Origin: Asterionella formosa
Taxonomy: Eukaryota
Length of the DNA: 55,797 nt
Assembly (NCBI GenBank): GCA_002256025.1
Contig: NKIB01013547.1
Location: forward strand, 1-55,797
Reading direction: 5' to 3'
Positions 12,536-23,704 of this stretch are shown here, in pieces (the first letter of the stretch is position 1; each line of letters opens with the position of its first letter). The position numbers and the translations under genes are program-made. The notes beneath the pieces are model-generated. The model made no database searches. It saw only the letters and a program-made list of their open reading frames with translations, and was not told where the DNA came from.

Positions 12536-12799
12536 ATGGTGCTTTCAAAGATTGAACAAAAGATGTTGAACACAGGGAAAAAGCCGGCGAAAAAGGCCGT
12601 CGAATTTCCAGCGAAAAATCTGTTGAAAATCACAAAAGCAAACTACGTTGCGCTTCAAGGTACTGACAATGTCAGGCGATATCAACGCAGGGGTTCCCAG
12701 GTTCCAAGCATGTTATTCAACTCTGCATCATTGAAATGGAAAGATAATGAGCTCGATGAAAGTCTCTCTGTTCTCCTAGACAAGGTGACAAATCTGTGA
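12536..12799 (+). CDS. Small (87 aa) basic protein with an RRYQRRGS-x-VPSM motif, function unknown
   Basis: ATG in ACCATGG context with a TATA-like CATAAATA ~100 nt upstream. The ORF has coding-like composition, and the motif resembles short diatom hypothetical proteins. Confidence 0.65.
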   Translation: MVLSKIEQKMLNTGKKPAKKAVEFPAKNLLKITKANYVALQGTDNVRRYQRRGSQVPSMLFNSASLKWKDNELDESLSVLLDKVTNL

Positions 12800-13780
12800 C
12801 CTTCCGAAAGGAGCGCTCCACTTTTTGAAGTAAATGACATTTCTCTCGAAGGTGGAAAGGTTATCAACTCAATTAAATGGCTTTATCTTTGATACCTGTC
12901 TTGTTTCAGGGAGAGAGACAAGGTCTAGTCGGTTCAATTCTAGAACACTCGTTGTACTCACAGCAAAAATAAAGCAGCAAGACTAGATTATTTTATATGT
13001 TTGGATAAAGAGTAAGAAGTACAAGACGCAATAGGTTTTCGACTTGTTGGATTTTTTAATTCTTCTCAAGATGACCTTTCTTACTGGACAGCCATGGGAT
13101 ATGTCGTTATCGTTTTCTCTTTGTGACTTCGAATTGGTTCTCGACTCCGGAGCGCAGCACGTTTGGGTATTTGAAGCGCAGTGGCTACCGTATTCAATAC
13201 TCCCAACTCCAACCAGGCATATGTTGATTCTACGACAGAGATTGTGACCAGTTTCTCGCATCGGCTCAAACTATTCTCCAGGTAATGGGTTCGCCCATCA
13301 CTCGTAGGTAAAGAAATCCAGGACCAAGCCAACAAAATCTGCAGTTGACCAATTGGTGTGTAGTTTTCGGTTTGTGGATCCTTCTTAAAATATCATACAA
13401 TACATGAGAAGAAGACGTAATTCCAAGCATGAATTCTAGCAAACCACCTTTGCTGACAGATCTCGTTTATCATAAAAGCTAGTCGATTACCGGTATTCCT
13501 CCTCGTGGTGTTGATAGTCGACCAACTGTTACCAGGTCATTTTGCATTTTTTACTTGTAAATAAATGTTTCGTTGTATTGCATCAATTCCTTTCCCTAAT
13601 GTCTTAAAACGATTGCAGACGCAGATGTTCAAAAGGAACGTGATGATGAAATATAGTCCATGACGACCACACAAGTTGAAACACTACTACGATTTGTTTG
13701 CGCCACATAGCTCGACGACTACTTATTCACACTATGTTTTGCAACAATTCGTCGTCCCCGTGACACTTTTCAATATTCAA

Positions 13781-14767
13781 TTAAGATTCATACCGTTGAA
13801 AGTTGTCATAACCTCGCTGTTTGGGAGCTGCATTGGCATCTCGCTTTTCCCATTGGCCTTTTGCCTTATTGGTTGATTTCTTTGGATTACTTCGTGTCTT
13901 GGGCGAAGTTGTGCCCACTGTTCGAGTGACTTCTCCGCTAGATGCCGCAATCGACATAACGTCCTTGGCGTCAAAAACCAAAATATTCTTGTCTGACACT
14001 CCTGATCTTCCAAGCAACTCTTCGATTGACACATCAGCTCTTGCCCTGTACTTGACATCATCGTCAATATCTCCTCCAATAATGTACAGCAGCTTTCCAG
14101 ACTCCTGGTTTATCAGCTGAGTGATCCAGAAACAAAATTTCGGTATCGATGTCACGCTCCGCCCCACAACAAGGTCATATGCACCTTTGTGTTTTCTGCC
14201 TTCCAACGCATCATTCACTATTTCTTCAGCTCTCCCATGATGCACGTGAACATTGTCCAACCCTAACTCTTCTGCCATTGCTTCGACAGCCTTCAACTTC
14301 TTGCCGACACTATCCACCAACAAAAAGTCCACATTTGGCATAGCGATGGCCAAAGGTAACCCAGGAAATCCCCCACCAGTTCCTACGTCGACAACGCGGC
14401 GTTCTGGGCAAAACTCTTTCATACCCAACATGGCGATAGACGGCAGAATATGTCGACCAAAAATGACTTTGTCAGTGCAGTCTTTGCGAGAAACAAGATT
14501 GATGCGATCGTTCCAGGCCACCACCATTTCCGAGAGGTCGGCCAGTTTGCTGTGTTGAGAAGAGGTCAAGCCTAGTTTGGCTGTCAGGATCTTGGCTTCG
14601 TCGCAGTAAGGGTCCATCGCAAAGTTGACGGATGTGCTGGAGGGCTGTTCATCATGATGTCTTGATGATTGTAGGATCAGGGAATGGCTAGAGCAATACG
14701 CGGGATATTGAAAGGCTGATGACGCTCTGGCCAGGAGACAAAGTGGACGCATGTAACCAGCTCTCAT
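13781..14767 (-). CDS. rsmG: 16S rRNA m7G527 methyltransferase RsmG/GidB, probably plastid-targeted
   Basis: WNDRINLVSR, RHILPS, VVDVGTGGGFPGLPLAI, LVDSVGKK and HGRAEE motifs. The N-terminal LCLLARASSAF resembles the diatom ASAF cleavage motif. Confidence 0.92.
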   Translation of the reverse strand: MRAGYMRPLCLLARASSAFQYPAYCSSHSLILQSSRHHDEQPSSTSVNFAMDPYCDEAKILTAKLGLTSSQHSKLADLSEMVVAWNDRINLVSRKDCTDKVIFGRHILPSIAMLGMKEFCPERRVVDVGTGGGFPGLPLAIAMPNVDFLLVDSVGKKLKAVEAMAEELGLDNVHVHHGRAEEIVNDALEGRKHKGAYDLVVGRSVTSIPKFCFWITQLINQESGKLLYIIGGDIDDDVKYRARADVSIEELLGRSGVSDKNILVFDAKDVMSIAASSGEVTRTVGTTSPKTRSNPKKSTNKAKGQWEKRDANAAPKQRGYDNFQRYES

Positions 14768-15296
14768 TGTAGTGAACTGAGCTGTGAAAATGAGATGCAC
14801 CTTCCTCTTTCATTCGTTGTACCAGGTACATGGTACCTGGTACCTAGTATCAGTAATCACCAGGTAGACTACGGTAGCTGTCTGCCAAAAACAGAGAAAA
14901 ATCCCCATGTAACATTTGCACGAAAATTTCAAAGGACAAATAAAATTGATGGAGAGGAATAAAAAAGCTATGACATTTATTTCCAACATTTATATACCGG
15001 TATCATACACATAATAGCTAGTATCTTAGCATAAAAAGTATCTGGTACCATGGTTGTTTTAACAAGAAAAGGAATACAAAGAATAAAACGGTATTTCATT
15101 CTAGCATTCCGGTACGTGTAACAATTGATTCCTGATATACAAATGTACCCGAGTATCACATGATCTATTTTATACTCTAGCGGTACCAGGTAGTATGTAC
15201 GAGCAGCATAGCAGTGGTCTACTGGTACAAAATAGTGCTACATGTATCCGGCTGCCACCATTGCACGCAACCAAAAAATACTCCTACTGTGTTAAT

Positions 15297-16370
15297 GGGC
15301 GCGCTCTGATAATAAAAAATTATTATATCATGTGTATTATAACACAAATCGTTGTACCCATAACCCCAAAATTTGTGTTTGTGTTGACCAAATTTGGTAA
15401 ACCTGGTAAGCACCTCGTTACAGTTATAAATAACAGTGCATTATATAAAAAGATGTTTAGACATGAATGACTTTATAGAATTTCCCGGAATATTTCAAGA
15501 CTTGCTTGCTCATACTCAAAATGGCTTGCTCTTGCCAAAATAGGTATGCATATACTTATGCATAGTATCGTTACATATCAATCAACCTCCTCAATAAATC
15601 GATCGTCATCGCTTTAAGATTTCGGCCATGTCTTCATCTTCTTCTGGTCAAAGGAGAGCAGCCAGGGAGGGCTTCCCTTCCTCTCCAAGGCTGCTTGAAC
15701 GTCGCCATCACCAGCAACAAGAACAACAACAGACTCAACCAGAAGAAGAGGAGGACGACGACGACGAGAATGAAGATGACACTGGTGCTGATGAGTTTGC
15801 CAGTGACGATCATGACAGTAGGATGGGTGTCCCAGGTGTTTCTCAGATTGGTGTTTCTGGGGTTACTCAGTCCCCATCAAGGAACAACAACGATTTTTCA
15901 CGTGCTCCTACTAGTTCAGTTTCAAGAATGGCAACTGCCAGGCGAGAACCAACGTTTCCAAGAGCTCACCGAAGCATGCATCAACAGTCAAACTTTCCCT
16001 GAACAATGGCGTCCGGCGTCCTATTTACTGGTGGATAGCACATTGCTAACAGTAGCAATGTGATCATAATGTCATCATCATCATCATCAGGAGATGAGAT
16101 GAAAGTCGACATGGTCAGTGACCGACGATGATGAATGTATAGAACTCATGCATATAATGAACAAGAGGCGGCATAGCATACAAGAGGATGCATCGATATG
16201 AAAATTTAACTGTTGAAAATTAAAGTTAAAAATATTTATAATGTCAGAGAAGTAATCTAAAATATCTCTATTATCAGAGCGCAAGGACAATATTATGTAG
16301 CAGATAACCAGAATAATTTGTGTTATAAGACACACATGATATAATAATTTTTTCTTATCAGAGCGCGCCC
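15297..16370. mobile_element. PIF/Harbinger-like deletion derivative with ~55-bp TIRs and 3-bp TSD; carries ORF 15628-16002
   Basis: GGGCGCGCTCTGATAA.AAAAAATTATTATATCATGTGT is inverted at both ends, with AAT on both flanks. Confidence 0.85.
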
Positions 16371-17399
16371 AATATCTGCATATGATGCTCCATACATGCG
16401 CCGTACAAACCATACTGGCGCAGCCACCAGATTAGGTACATGCGTGAGTGCCAACAACGATGTACTCGCAACAGCAATAGAATAGTCATAATATTGTAGT
16501 TCAACTTTATTCACGACAAGGTTCCCCTCAACATACTTTACTACCGGTATGTATGTACCGGTGGTAATCAGTATTCCCTATGTATAAGCAAGAAGAGGTA
16601 CCTTGTAGCTGGAACCGTACCAGGTTCATGCCGGTAGGCTAGTCCCACATCCTTATACCCACCAGAGAACCAGGTACCTGGTACGTTCGCAGAATGTATC
16701 GATAATTTTGTTGGGCCTTGCATTTATAAAACCGGTACTGTATTATTGTCCATGTAAAAATAACGAATGGCTGACATTGACATTGGGTCGGTTCCAGCAA
16801 ACAGGTGGGCCTAGCAGTCAACCGTACTACCTGGTTACCTGGAAACAGAGAGTACCTTGTACTGGTATCACATGAGCCGAATGTATGTACGATATTACCA
16901 CAAGGGAGGTACCTGGTACCAGGGTACCCATAAACGTCATTGTCCTGGCTTTCTGTAATTAAATTATTAGGATCTAAACAAATTACCGGGTATTCGAAAC
17001 CAATGAAACATACATACATGCATTCCATACATGCACATATCGCCAAATGCTGTTTTAGATTGACCGGCCACTCAAATATTTGCGGGAAGCCGAATGCAAC
17101 ATCATGTAGCTTTTTTTCAGAAAATCATTCTTCAAAATTAGAGTTTGATGATATTGAAATTAATTGGCCATCGCGAAACCGTTGGAAATTTCTAAATGTC
17201 AAGGTGGTAATTTCACAGGAGGAGTCGAATTTGAGTGCCTGCTGGCGCCGCATTTACAATTCGACAAAATGACCACAACTTGCAGGTAATAGGTACCCTG
17301 GTACTGTATTGCAAACACATAGATACCGGTAGCTACATGCTGCACCATGCATGCACAACAGGAGATTGTGAACAAGCAAACAAACGTTTTGCTTCCTTG

Positions 17400-18260
17400 T
17401 TCATTTCTTCGTGGTTCGTCTTGCTGCCTGGTTCGTTGTAACCCGTGATTCTTTCTTCGTCTCTTCATTTCATGCATGCATATGGAACTATGTAAGTACA
17501 GGTATTTTCAATCATTACAAGGTGCTCCCATGTCTTGTTACTGCAAGATTTGTTTTTATTATTGTCCCAGCTGGTTGGTTTATCGAATTCCTAAGCACCG
17601 GGGTCTGCTGAATGAAGGGTCATATACCTATATTTCCATCAAATGTACTCACTTGATTTTCGTCATACCTTGGACGATCCACAGCTGAAAGAAACATTAC
17701 CTTCTCTAAATGATCCTTGTGTTTGATCCTGTGAAGCATGGGGGCCCCTCACTCTCAGTCAAGACGAATCGCTGCTTAAACCTCCTGAACACATAAAAAC
17801 ATTTTGCATCGACATGAACCTGATCGTAAAAATCGTCATAGAACCCAAACTTCTTACCTGGGTTGAAAGCCACTTCGGGTGATGGGTGAAGTTGTTCAGG
17901 GTGATTCAACTGTTGATTATATTTCTGCGGCCAGCCAGTCATGTTTTTGCGGGAAAGCGAGGGAAATTTGTTATTATCTTCTAAACAGTACGAGGCGAGC
18001 ATGTGGTTCCTTATACATTGTACAGTACACCTATTCACAACATCTAACCGATGTGGCAAGAATTTAATGGTTCCAGGCAACAGAACAAGCTGACCATCTA
18101 TTTTCGTCTCTTCCATTAGTTACTCATTTAAGGTTCCGTAAAGCATAATCGAGAATCATTTGACGCTCTTCTACTGTCAAATCCCTTCTTGTACATTTCT
18201 TAAGATTGAGTTGTGGCAAAAAATGGGGAGTCGCCAGGCATCTGCATTTTGCTTGAGATA
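17400..18260 (-). pseudogene. Degenerate plant-type (DD39D-like) mariner transposase
   Basis: Frameshifted pieces RDLTVEERQMI, YDQVHVDAKCFY (cf. VHIDEKWFY), KVMFLSAVDRPRYD, IGI*PF and RNSINQPAGT. Confidence 0.8.
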
Positions 18261-18352
18261 AGGCATAGTAAGTGAAAATCGAAAAAGCCAAAAAAATTTG
18301 AAATGTAATTGCCAATTTTAAATTAAATACATTTATATTATAATTTGATCTG

Positions 18353-18427
18353 AGGGAATGGCTTAGTGGTTTAGCACGTTGCCTTTGATCCTCTTAGGTT
18401 TTGATGTTCGATTCCGGCAATTTTTTT
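18353..18427 (+). pseudogene. tRNA-like (Gln-TTG-like) Pol III unit or SINE-like head
   Basis: A-box TGGCTTAGTGG (18359-18369), CTTTGA anticodon-like loop, B-box GTTCGATTCC (18406-18415) and a T7 terminator. The stems do not pair as a proper tRNA. Confidence 0.5.
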
Positions 18428-18467
18428 AGAAGCAATTGTTGGATTCGACTCCCACACTCCTTACTAT

Positions 18468-18786
18468 TGTCCGGCACGGTCTTGCCTTGTGTGCAAGAAA
18501 TAGTGGGTTGCCCCCCCCCCTACAAACAGCTTGTGTTGCCTTCCTAGGCGGTCAAAGTTTCCCCTAGTAACGCTACGGCTAAGACGATCACCTTTCGCGA
18601 AAGGTGGTTGGGACTCACCTACTACGCTAACAAAACTAGGGAAGCACAGGTCTTGTCTGCAGGTCTTATCACAGTGAAAGACTTGCCTAGAAATAGGGGA
18701 GTACGAATGGGCTATAAAATATACTATCCTAGTTAACATCCTAGATCTGTAGAGGATGGCACACATTAGGGCAATTGAGCCGGATA
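18468..18786. mobile_element. Possible older solo LTR
   Basis: Near-inverted ends TGTCCGGC...GCCGGATA, a GC-richer interior and a TATA-like motif. No clean TSD. Confidence 0.3.
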
Positions 18787-18859
18787 AAATTTTAGGAGTC
18801 AAAATCCCAGAGAAATTTTAAGAATTGACCCAATTGTTTTTGCACAGGGTACCAGGATA

Positions 18860-20387
18860 GGAAGGTCCGGTAGTGCACGTTTTATGTGCACCTTTTCAGT
18901 TACAATTCACTCCCAATGATTCATCATCATCCATGCCTGCCAGACGAGCGAGATAGGAGGCCAGCTTTTGAAAAAAAATGTCCCTTGAGTAATTTTGGAA
19001 AACGTTACTCTAATTGACCGATGACAATTTGCAAAATCAAACTCTGAACATGACTCGGATTTGCTGCCTGATCAAACAGTTCAGCAAACTGTCTTCTTGC
19101 CTCGAAATACAAATAGGAATTATTCTATGTATAGAACTTGCTGACAACGACTAGAACTTGAGGGCGAATGCAAATAGATTTTTTGAATGACCCTTCTGCA
19201 AATGAAGTACCGGTATGCACATGAACATACACAACTATGTACTAAACACCCCCTAATAGAAATACTGCTAGCTAATATGTATGAACACACATAATGTTTT
19301 ATGTAAAGACATACCGGTGGTAACAGTCATTATCACGCCTGATGCAACAGCGTACAAGGTAGCGGCATATTTGCAAATATCATACAGATCAAATATACCG
19401 AGACTATGCATGGCTCATAGACATAGGATTTATTATATGCTCAGGGTACCCAATGAGGTAAGCAACCCTTGTAGACACTAGCATAAAATTAATTAGCTTA
19501 GATGTTGCGATTTGTTTCAATTTATATAACTAAACACTACAGTGTAGCAGTAGTTCTTGTGAACGGCTGGAGAATCCTGCATCATGCCGTCTCTGCCTTG
19601 ACCATGGTGAAAATAGCGAATTTCTCCCACAAAATGAGAATGATGCTTTGCTATTGGGTATGGTACATATATCTAACATGATATAGATGATACAATCGTA
19701 AAAAATTAATTGTAATAACACAACTATTGACAACGAAAATTGAAGACGCCGATGGCTCATTGCCCCATGTGGTTTAGACAATGCACAATTCAAAATGACG
19801 AAGTTATGAAGGCCGAGATTTAACACTTTCACAGCATGCAACACGCTAACACTATGGTAATCTGTATGGCAAACGAAATTTTGTTTGATTCTCTATTTAA
19901 CAATATATCAATTAATAGTCAATTGATATTTTCAAAATGACTCTTTTGTTTACAAGTACTGATTCAGTGGATGACTACATGGCTGTGACTAGAAATTTGC
20001 TGACAACAACTAGAACTTGCTGACTACAAATAGAACTTGCTGACTACAAATAGAATTTGCTGATTATGAATAGAATTTGCTAACTGCAAATAGAATTTGC
20101 TGACTATGACTAGAAGTTACTGAGCAATTTGTGAACTCTGTGACCAAACCATCTTCCAGTTCCTGAATACTACTATCACCTTTAGAAGTAGTTGAACATG
20201 ATATTGATGATCAGAAGATGACTTGGATTTACTGAATGATAATTTTATGGCATAGAAAGTTACTCAAGAGAGTTTGGAATGGAAAGGTAGCCTACTGTAA
20301 CCCTTCTGGTAGGCATGTGAGGAATCATTGTGAGAGAGTCGAAACTGAAAAAGTGCGCATAAAATGTACATGATTACCAGACCTTCC
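18860..20387. mobile_element. Long-TIR non-autonomous element (copy B, opposite orientation to copy A)
   Basis: GGAAGGTCCGGTAGTGCACG...ACCAGACCTTCC. The interior is the reverse complement of copy A without the solo LTR. Confidence 0.85.
19984..20122. repeat. 20-bp tandem array (GCTGACTACAAATAGAA(C/T)TT), ~7 units
   Basis: A 20-nt period is directly visible. Related arrays occur at 5485-5580, 6780-6850, 32660-32740 and 50480-50590. Confidence 0.9.
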
Positions 20388-20397
20388 AGCATAGCCA

Positions 20398-20622
20398 GTG
20401 CCTGGGACCTGGTACTGGTACTGGTACCGTACCAGGTACCAGGCACCAGGGTACCTGTTACCTCTTACAATGCCACACTTCGCACTTTAAGACTGTATTA
20501 GATTACCGGTATATATCGTACCGGGACATCTTCTCCTTTTGTAACTGTTACTGGAGTACCAGGTACCGGGTGGTAACTGTTACTGGTACTGGTACTGGTA
20601 CTGGTACCGGTACCAGGTACTT
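20398..20622. repeat. TA-C(n)G-TA palindromic unit arrays (representative cluster)
   Basis: CCTGGTA, CTGGTA, CCGTA, CCAGGTA and CCGGTA units are concatenated. Similar clusters occur at ~118-150, 510-527, 2645-2785, 3640-3692, 8365-8425, 8585-8680, 14818-14845, 16905-16930, 23403-23425, 29460-29550, 35788-35900 and 47938-48014. Confidence 0.9.
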
Positions 20623-20877
20623 TCTGTCGTATGAATACAAATGATAGCTAAGAGCTACCCGTATATAGGACGGTTCATGGTTCTCATTTGTGTGGGCAGT
20701 TGGAACTTTCACATGTATCGACGAAAGAGCCTATCGTGTCAGAGAGTTCGTCCGAATATAATCATCTTCTTCACAACAACCCGAGCTCACAAAAAGCCGA
20801 ATGAAAAAAACACCGAACAGGTCAATCAAATAGTCGCCATCTAAAGCAGGTCAACCCACACACAAAATCTAACAATC

Positions 20878-21833
20878 ATGCCAGTATTGACGCAGCGAGA
20901 AAGAGCAGGCGCGGTCAGCCAAAAGGCTCTCAAGGATGGCCTCATCAGCGGTGGTCTCACCCTCATCCCGTCCTACGGCGCAGTATGGCTCGCAATGAAG
21001 CGATCGCCCCAGTTTCTCAAGGTGAGCTTAGGTCAGAATGCATGCATTAATCATTGCTGTGTTGCATCAACGAGGCGTTCTCATTTTCTCCGTGAACCAC
21101 CATTTCAAACCGGTACTCTCAGTCCACGAACTGGCAGTCGCGCACCGCGCTCGTCGTAATGCCAGCATTGTTCATGTTTGGGCTCACCTCGGAGCTCAGG
21201 GTGGCCCACGAAACTCGAAACGTGATGCATGATACACACAATACTCTAAAGGCTGCCGAGTGGGCGGAAGAGCAGCATGCGGAAAACCTTAAAGTGAAGG
21301 ACCTCACGCCGTCGGAAAGGGACATGCAGATCACCGAGTTATACCGCCAGTCCGTCATCAATTCAGGAGTCAGAGTGGTACAGGGCGATCGCCTGGGTCT
21401 GCACCATCAAGTCATGAATTACGGGCAAGAAAACCCGGTCAAAATCCTGGCCTTGGTTGGTATTCCCTCGATTGCGTGGATCTTCTGGGGCAAGTCCGGG
21501 CAGAGCAACTTGCAGTTCCAGCAGAAGATTATGCACACTCGTGTCCTGGGTCAAGCCACAGTCCTCACCATTATGCTGTCGCTCATGGGGTTCAAGGAGT
21601 ATATGGACCGTAGCGGAAAATTTATTACTGAAGATGAAGCCGAACGACGAGTGCAGGAAATGCATAGCATGAGGGAGTCGCTATTGCAACGACTAGATGA
21701 CGACCGACGAAAGCAGGCGTATCTGCAAAATGAATTGAAAGTGGCGCATGATGCTGATGTGGCCGAAGGAACCGCTGATAAAAAGGTGAAGAAACACCAT
21801 CATAAGAAAGCGGAGGATTTGGTGTCGGCATAG
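20878..21833 (+). CDS. HIG1-domain mitochondrial membrane protein (Rcf2-like); intron 21022-21122
   Basis: Splice ...PQFLK|STNWQSRTALVVMP. Several TM helices, and the HIG1-like QKIMHTRVLGQATVL motif. Confidence 0.8.
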
Positions 21834-21920
21834 GCAGGTAGTCTCTGTGTATTTGCCTTGCTGACATCGCTTCGTAGTCCTAATTGCATTTTTACGCGTT
21901 TAATTTAATAGTTGTTGGCG

Positions 21921-23297
21921 TTATTTTGGATTAAAGTATGCTTCTAGTCGCTTCTGGGCTTCCAATAAGGTATCATCACCTTTGCAAAACGCAAATCGCA
22001 ACAGATTCTTGGCCAGGGGAATATTCGCAGGACTAAAGAATGCCGACGGTGGAATCGCCGTAACACCCACTGTTTTGGTCATCCACCTGCTCATACTCCA
22101 GTCTCGTGGCATGGGACTTGCTGGCATGGCTGTGGTCGTCTCCGTGACATCGTACGGGAAGTCAATATGAGAGGTATCAGCCATGATGAAGAATCCCCCC
22201 GGGGGAGATATAGGATTCATACCCGCCGATTCCAGAGCGGCCATGAGAATGGTTCGTTTTCGTTTGTAGTCACTGGCCAGCCACGCGTAGTATGTGTCGT
22301 ATCCTAAATAGGGTTCTCTAGCACGTTCCAATGACTGTGCCATGGCATCTTGATTTGGCGTGGGTGCGGAAAAGCTGCACCATTGTTGTACCGCAGTCAT
22401 AGCGTGTACCAAATGAGGTGGTCCGACGGCCCAGCCCACCTTCCAACCAGTGCAACTAAAAGTCTTCCCAGAAGAACTGAGAGTAAGGGTTCGCTCGAAC
22501 ATGCCTGGGAGTGAGGCAATGGATATGTGTGGTTGTGTCTCTGGTTCATAGATAATGTGTTCGTAAACTTCGTCGGATATAATAGTAACGTGAGGATGCC
22601 GGAGGATGATTTCGCCAATCTTTGTAAGCTCTGCCCTGGAGAACATTTTTCCTGTCGGGTTGTGGGGTGTATTTAGCAGCAAGACTCTGGTTTTAGGGGT
22701 AATGGCAGCCTCCAATTCACTCATGTCCAGTTGAAAAACGTCACTAGCCCCGCCAGTTCCTGTTGGTCTCAGGGGCACATATACTGGAATCCCCCCCGCC
22801 ATTTTGACTTGCGCGTGGTAAATATCAAACGCCGGCTCTAGCAAAATGACTTGGTCTCTAGGCGAGACCAACCCCTGCAATGCGCAGTAGAGAGCATTTG
22901 TACACCCAACAGCCGTGCCCACCATAGTGACTGGGTCAATCTCAACTCCCAGTGTTTCTGTATATCCTTTTGCCAACACTTGCGCCAGCGGCATGTGCGC
23001 ATAGCTTCTGGCGTATTGATTCGCGTTTCGCGTGGTGACGGATTTCATAAGTGCATCTACGCAAAAGTCCGGGGGTGACCAGTCGGGGAATCCCTGACCC
23101 AGATTGACAGCCTTGTGTTCGTTGGCCAGCGGACTAAACTCATGCCAAACAGTGGGCTTATCGAGACCATCCAGTCTGGGAGAAAGCACGGCGCGAGCTG
23201 TGGAGGTCAGCAGTCGCGACGAGCGTGCGTTTGGTTTCGAGAGAAGGCCAGATACTGATGCCCATGGAGCAAGCAACATGGCAAGTGCCATTTTCAT
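21921..23297 (-). CDS. Kynurenine/glutamine aminotransferase (class I/II PLP enzyme) with an N-terminal targeting extension
   Basis: AVNLGQGFPD, NQYAR, LLNTPHNPTGK, SDEVYEH, SSGKTFSCTGWKVGW (PLP lysine) and RFAFCK. Confidence 0.92.
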   Translation of the reverse strand: MKMALAMLLAPWASVSGLLSKPNARSSRLLTSTARAVLSPRLDGLDKPTVWHEFSPLANEHKAVNLGQGFPDWSPPDFCVDALMKSVTTRNANQYARSYAHMPLAQVLAKGYTETLGVEIDPVTMVGTAVGCTNALYCALQGLVSPRDQVILLEPAFDIYHAQVKMAGGIPVYVPLRPTGTGGASDVFQLDMSELEAAITPKTRVLLLNTPHNPTGKMFSRAELTKIGEIILRHPHVTIISDEVYEHIIYEPETQPHISIASLPGMFERTLTLSSSGKTFSCTGWKVGWAVGPPHLVHAMTAVQQWCSFSAPTPNQDAMAQSLERAREPYLGYDTYYAWLASDYKRKRTILMAALESAGMNPISPPGGFFIMADTSHIDFPYDVTETTTAMPASPMPRDWSMSRWMTKTVGVTAIPPSAFFSPANIPLAKNLLRFAFCKGDDTLLEAQKRLEAYFNPK

Positions 23298-23704
23298 TGC
23301 TTTGTTCAAGAGAGTTTAGTTGTTTTGCGAGTCTTTGCTGATCTATTTGTACAGTGATGTGCGCAATGTAGAAAGATGCTATTATGAAATGATAGATTCC
23401 ACTACTGGTACCAGGTACCAGGTTGGAGTACTTGCTTCGAATAACTGCCCCAGTCCTCCAACAATGCTGATGGCGCTTTGAGTGGGACAAAACTACATAC
23501 GATGCAGAAATAGGTTGACAACGTCACAACCGATGCCAGTTACCCTGGTACTAATGGTACAATGATGAGGAAGAAACCCTAACCTTTGGAATGAATCAGT
23601 CTAGATGTTCAGTGCAACACAGTGCCCTATCATTCGTATGCTTGCCTTTGCTCAAAAAGGGGTTGCATGCAACCTTTTGTGCATCAAAAGTTTGTTGCCA
23701 AAAA

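Noticed and set aside
12983..13335. Short ORFs and a possible intron (GTAAG...TCAAG) downstream of the microprotein
   Set aside because: No consistent spliced reading frame or recognisable motif.
19984..20122. CRISPR-like array
   Set aside because: Contiguous 20-bp tandem units without unique spacers, inside a eukaryotic TE, and no cas genes.
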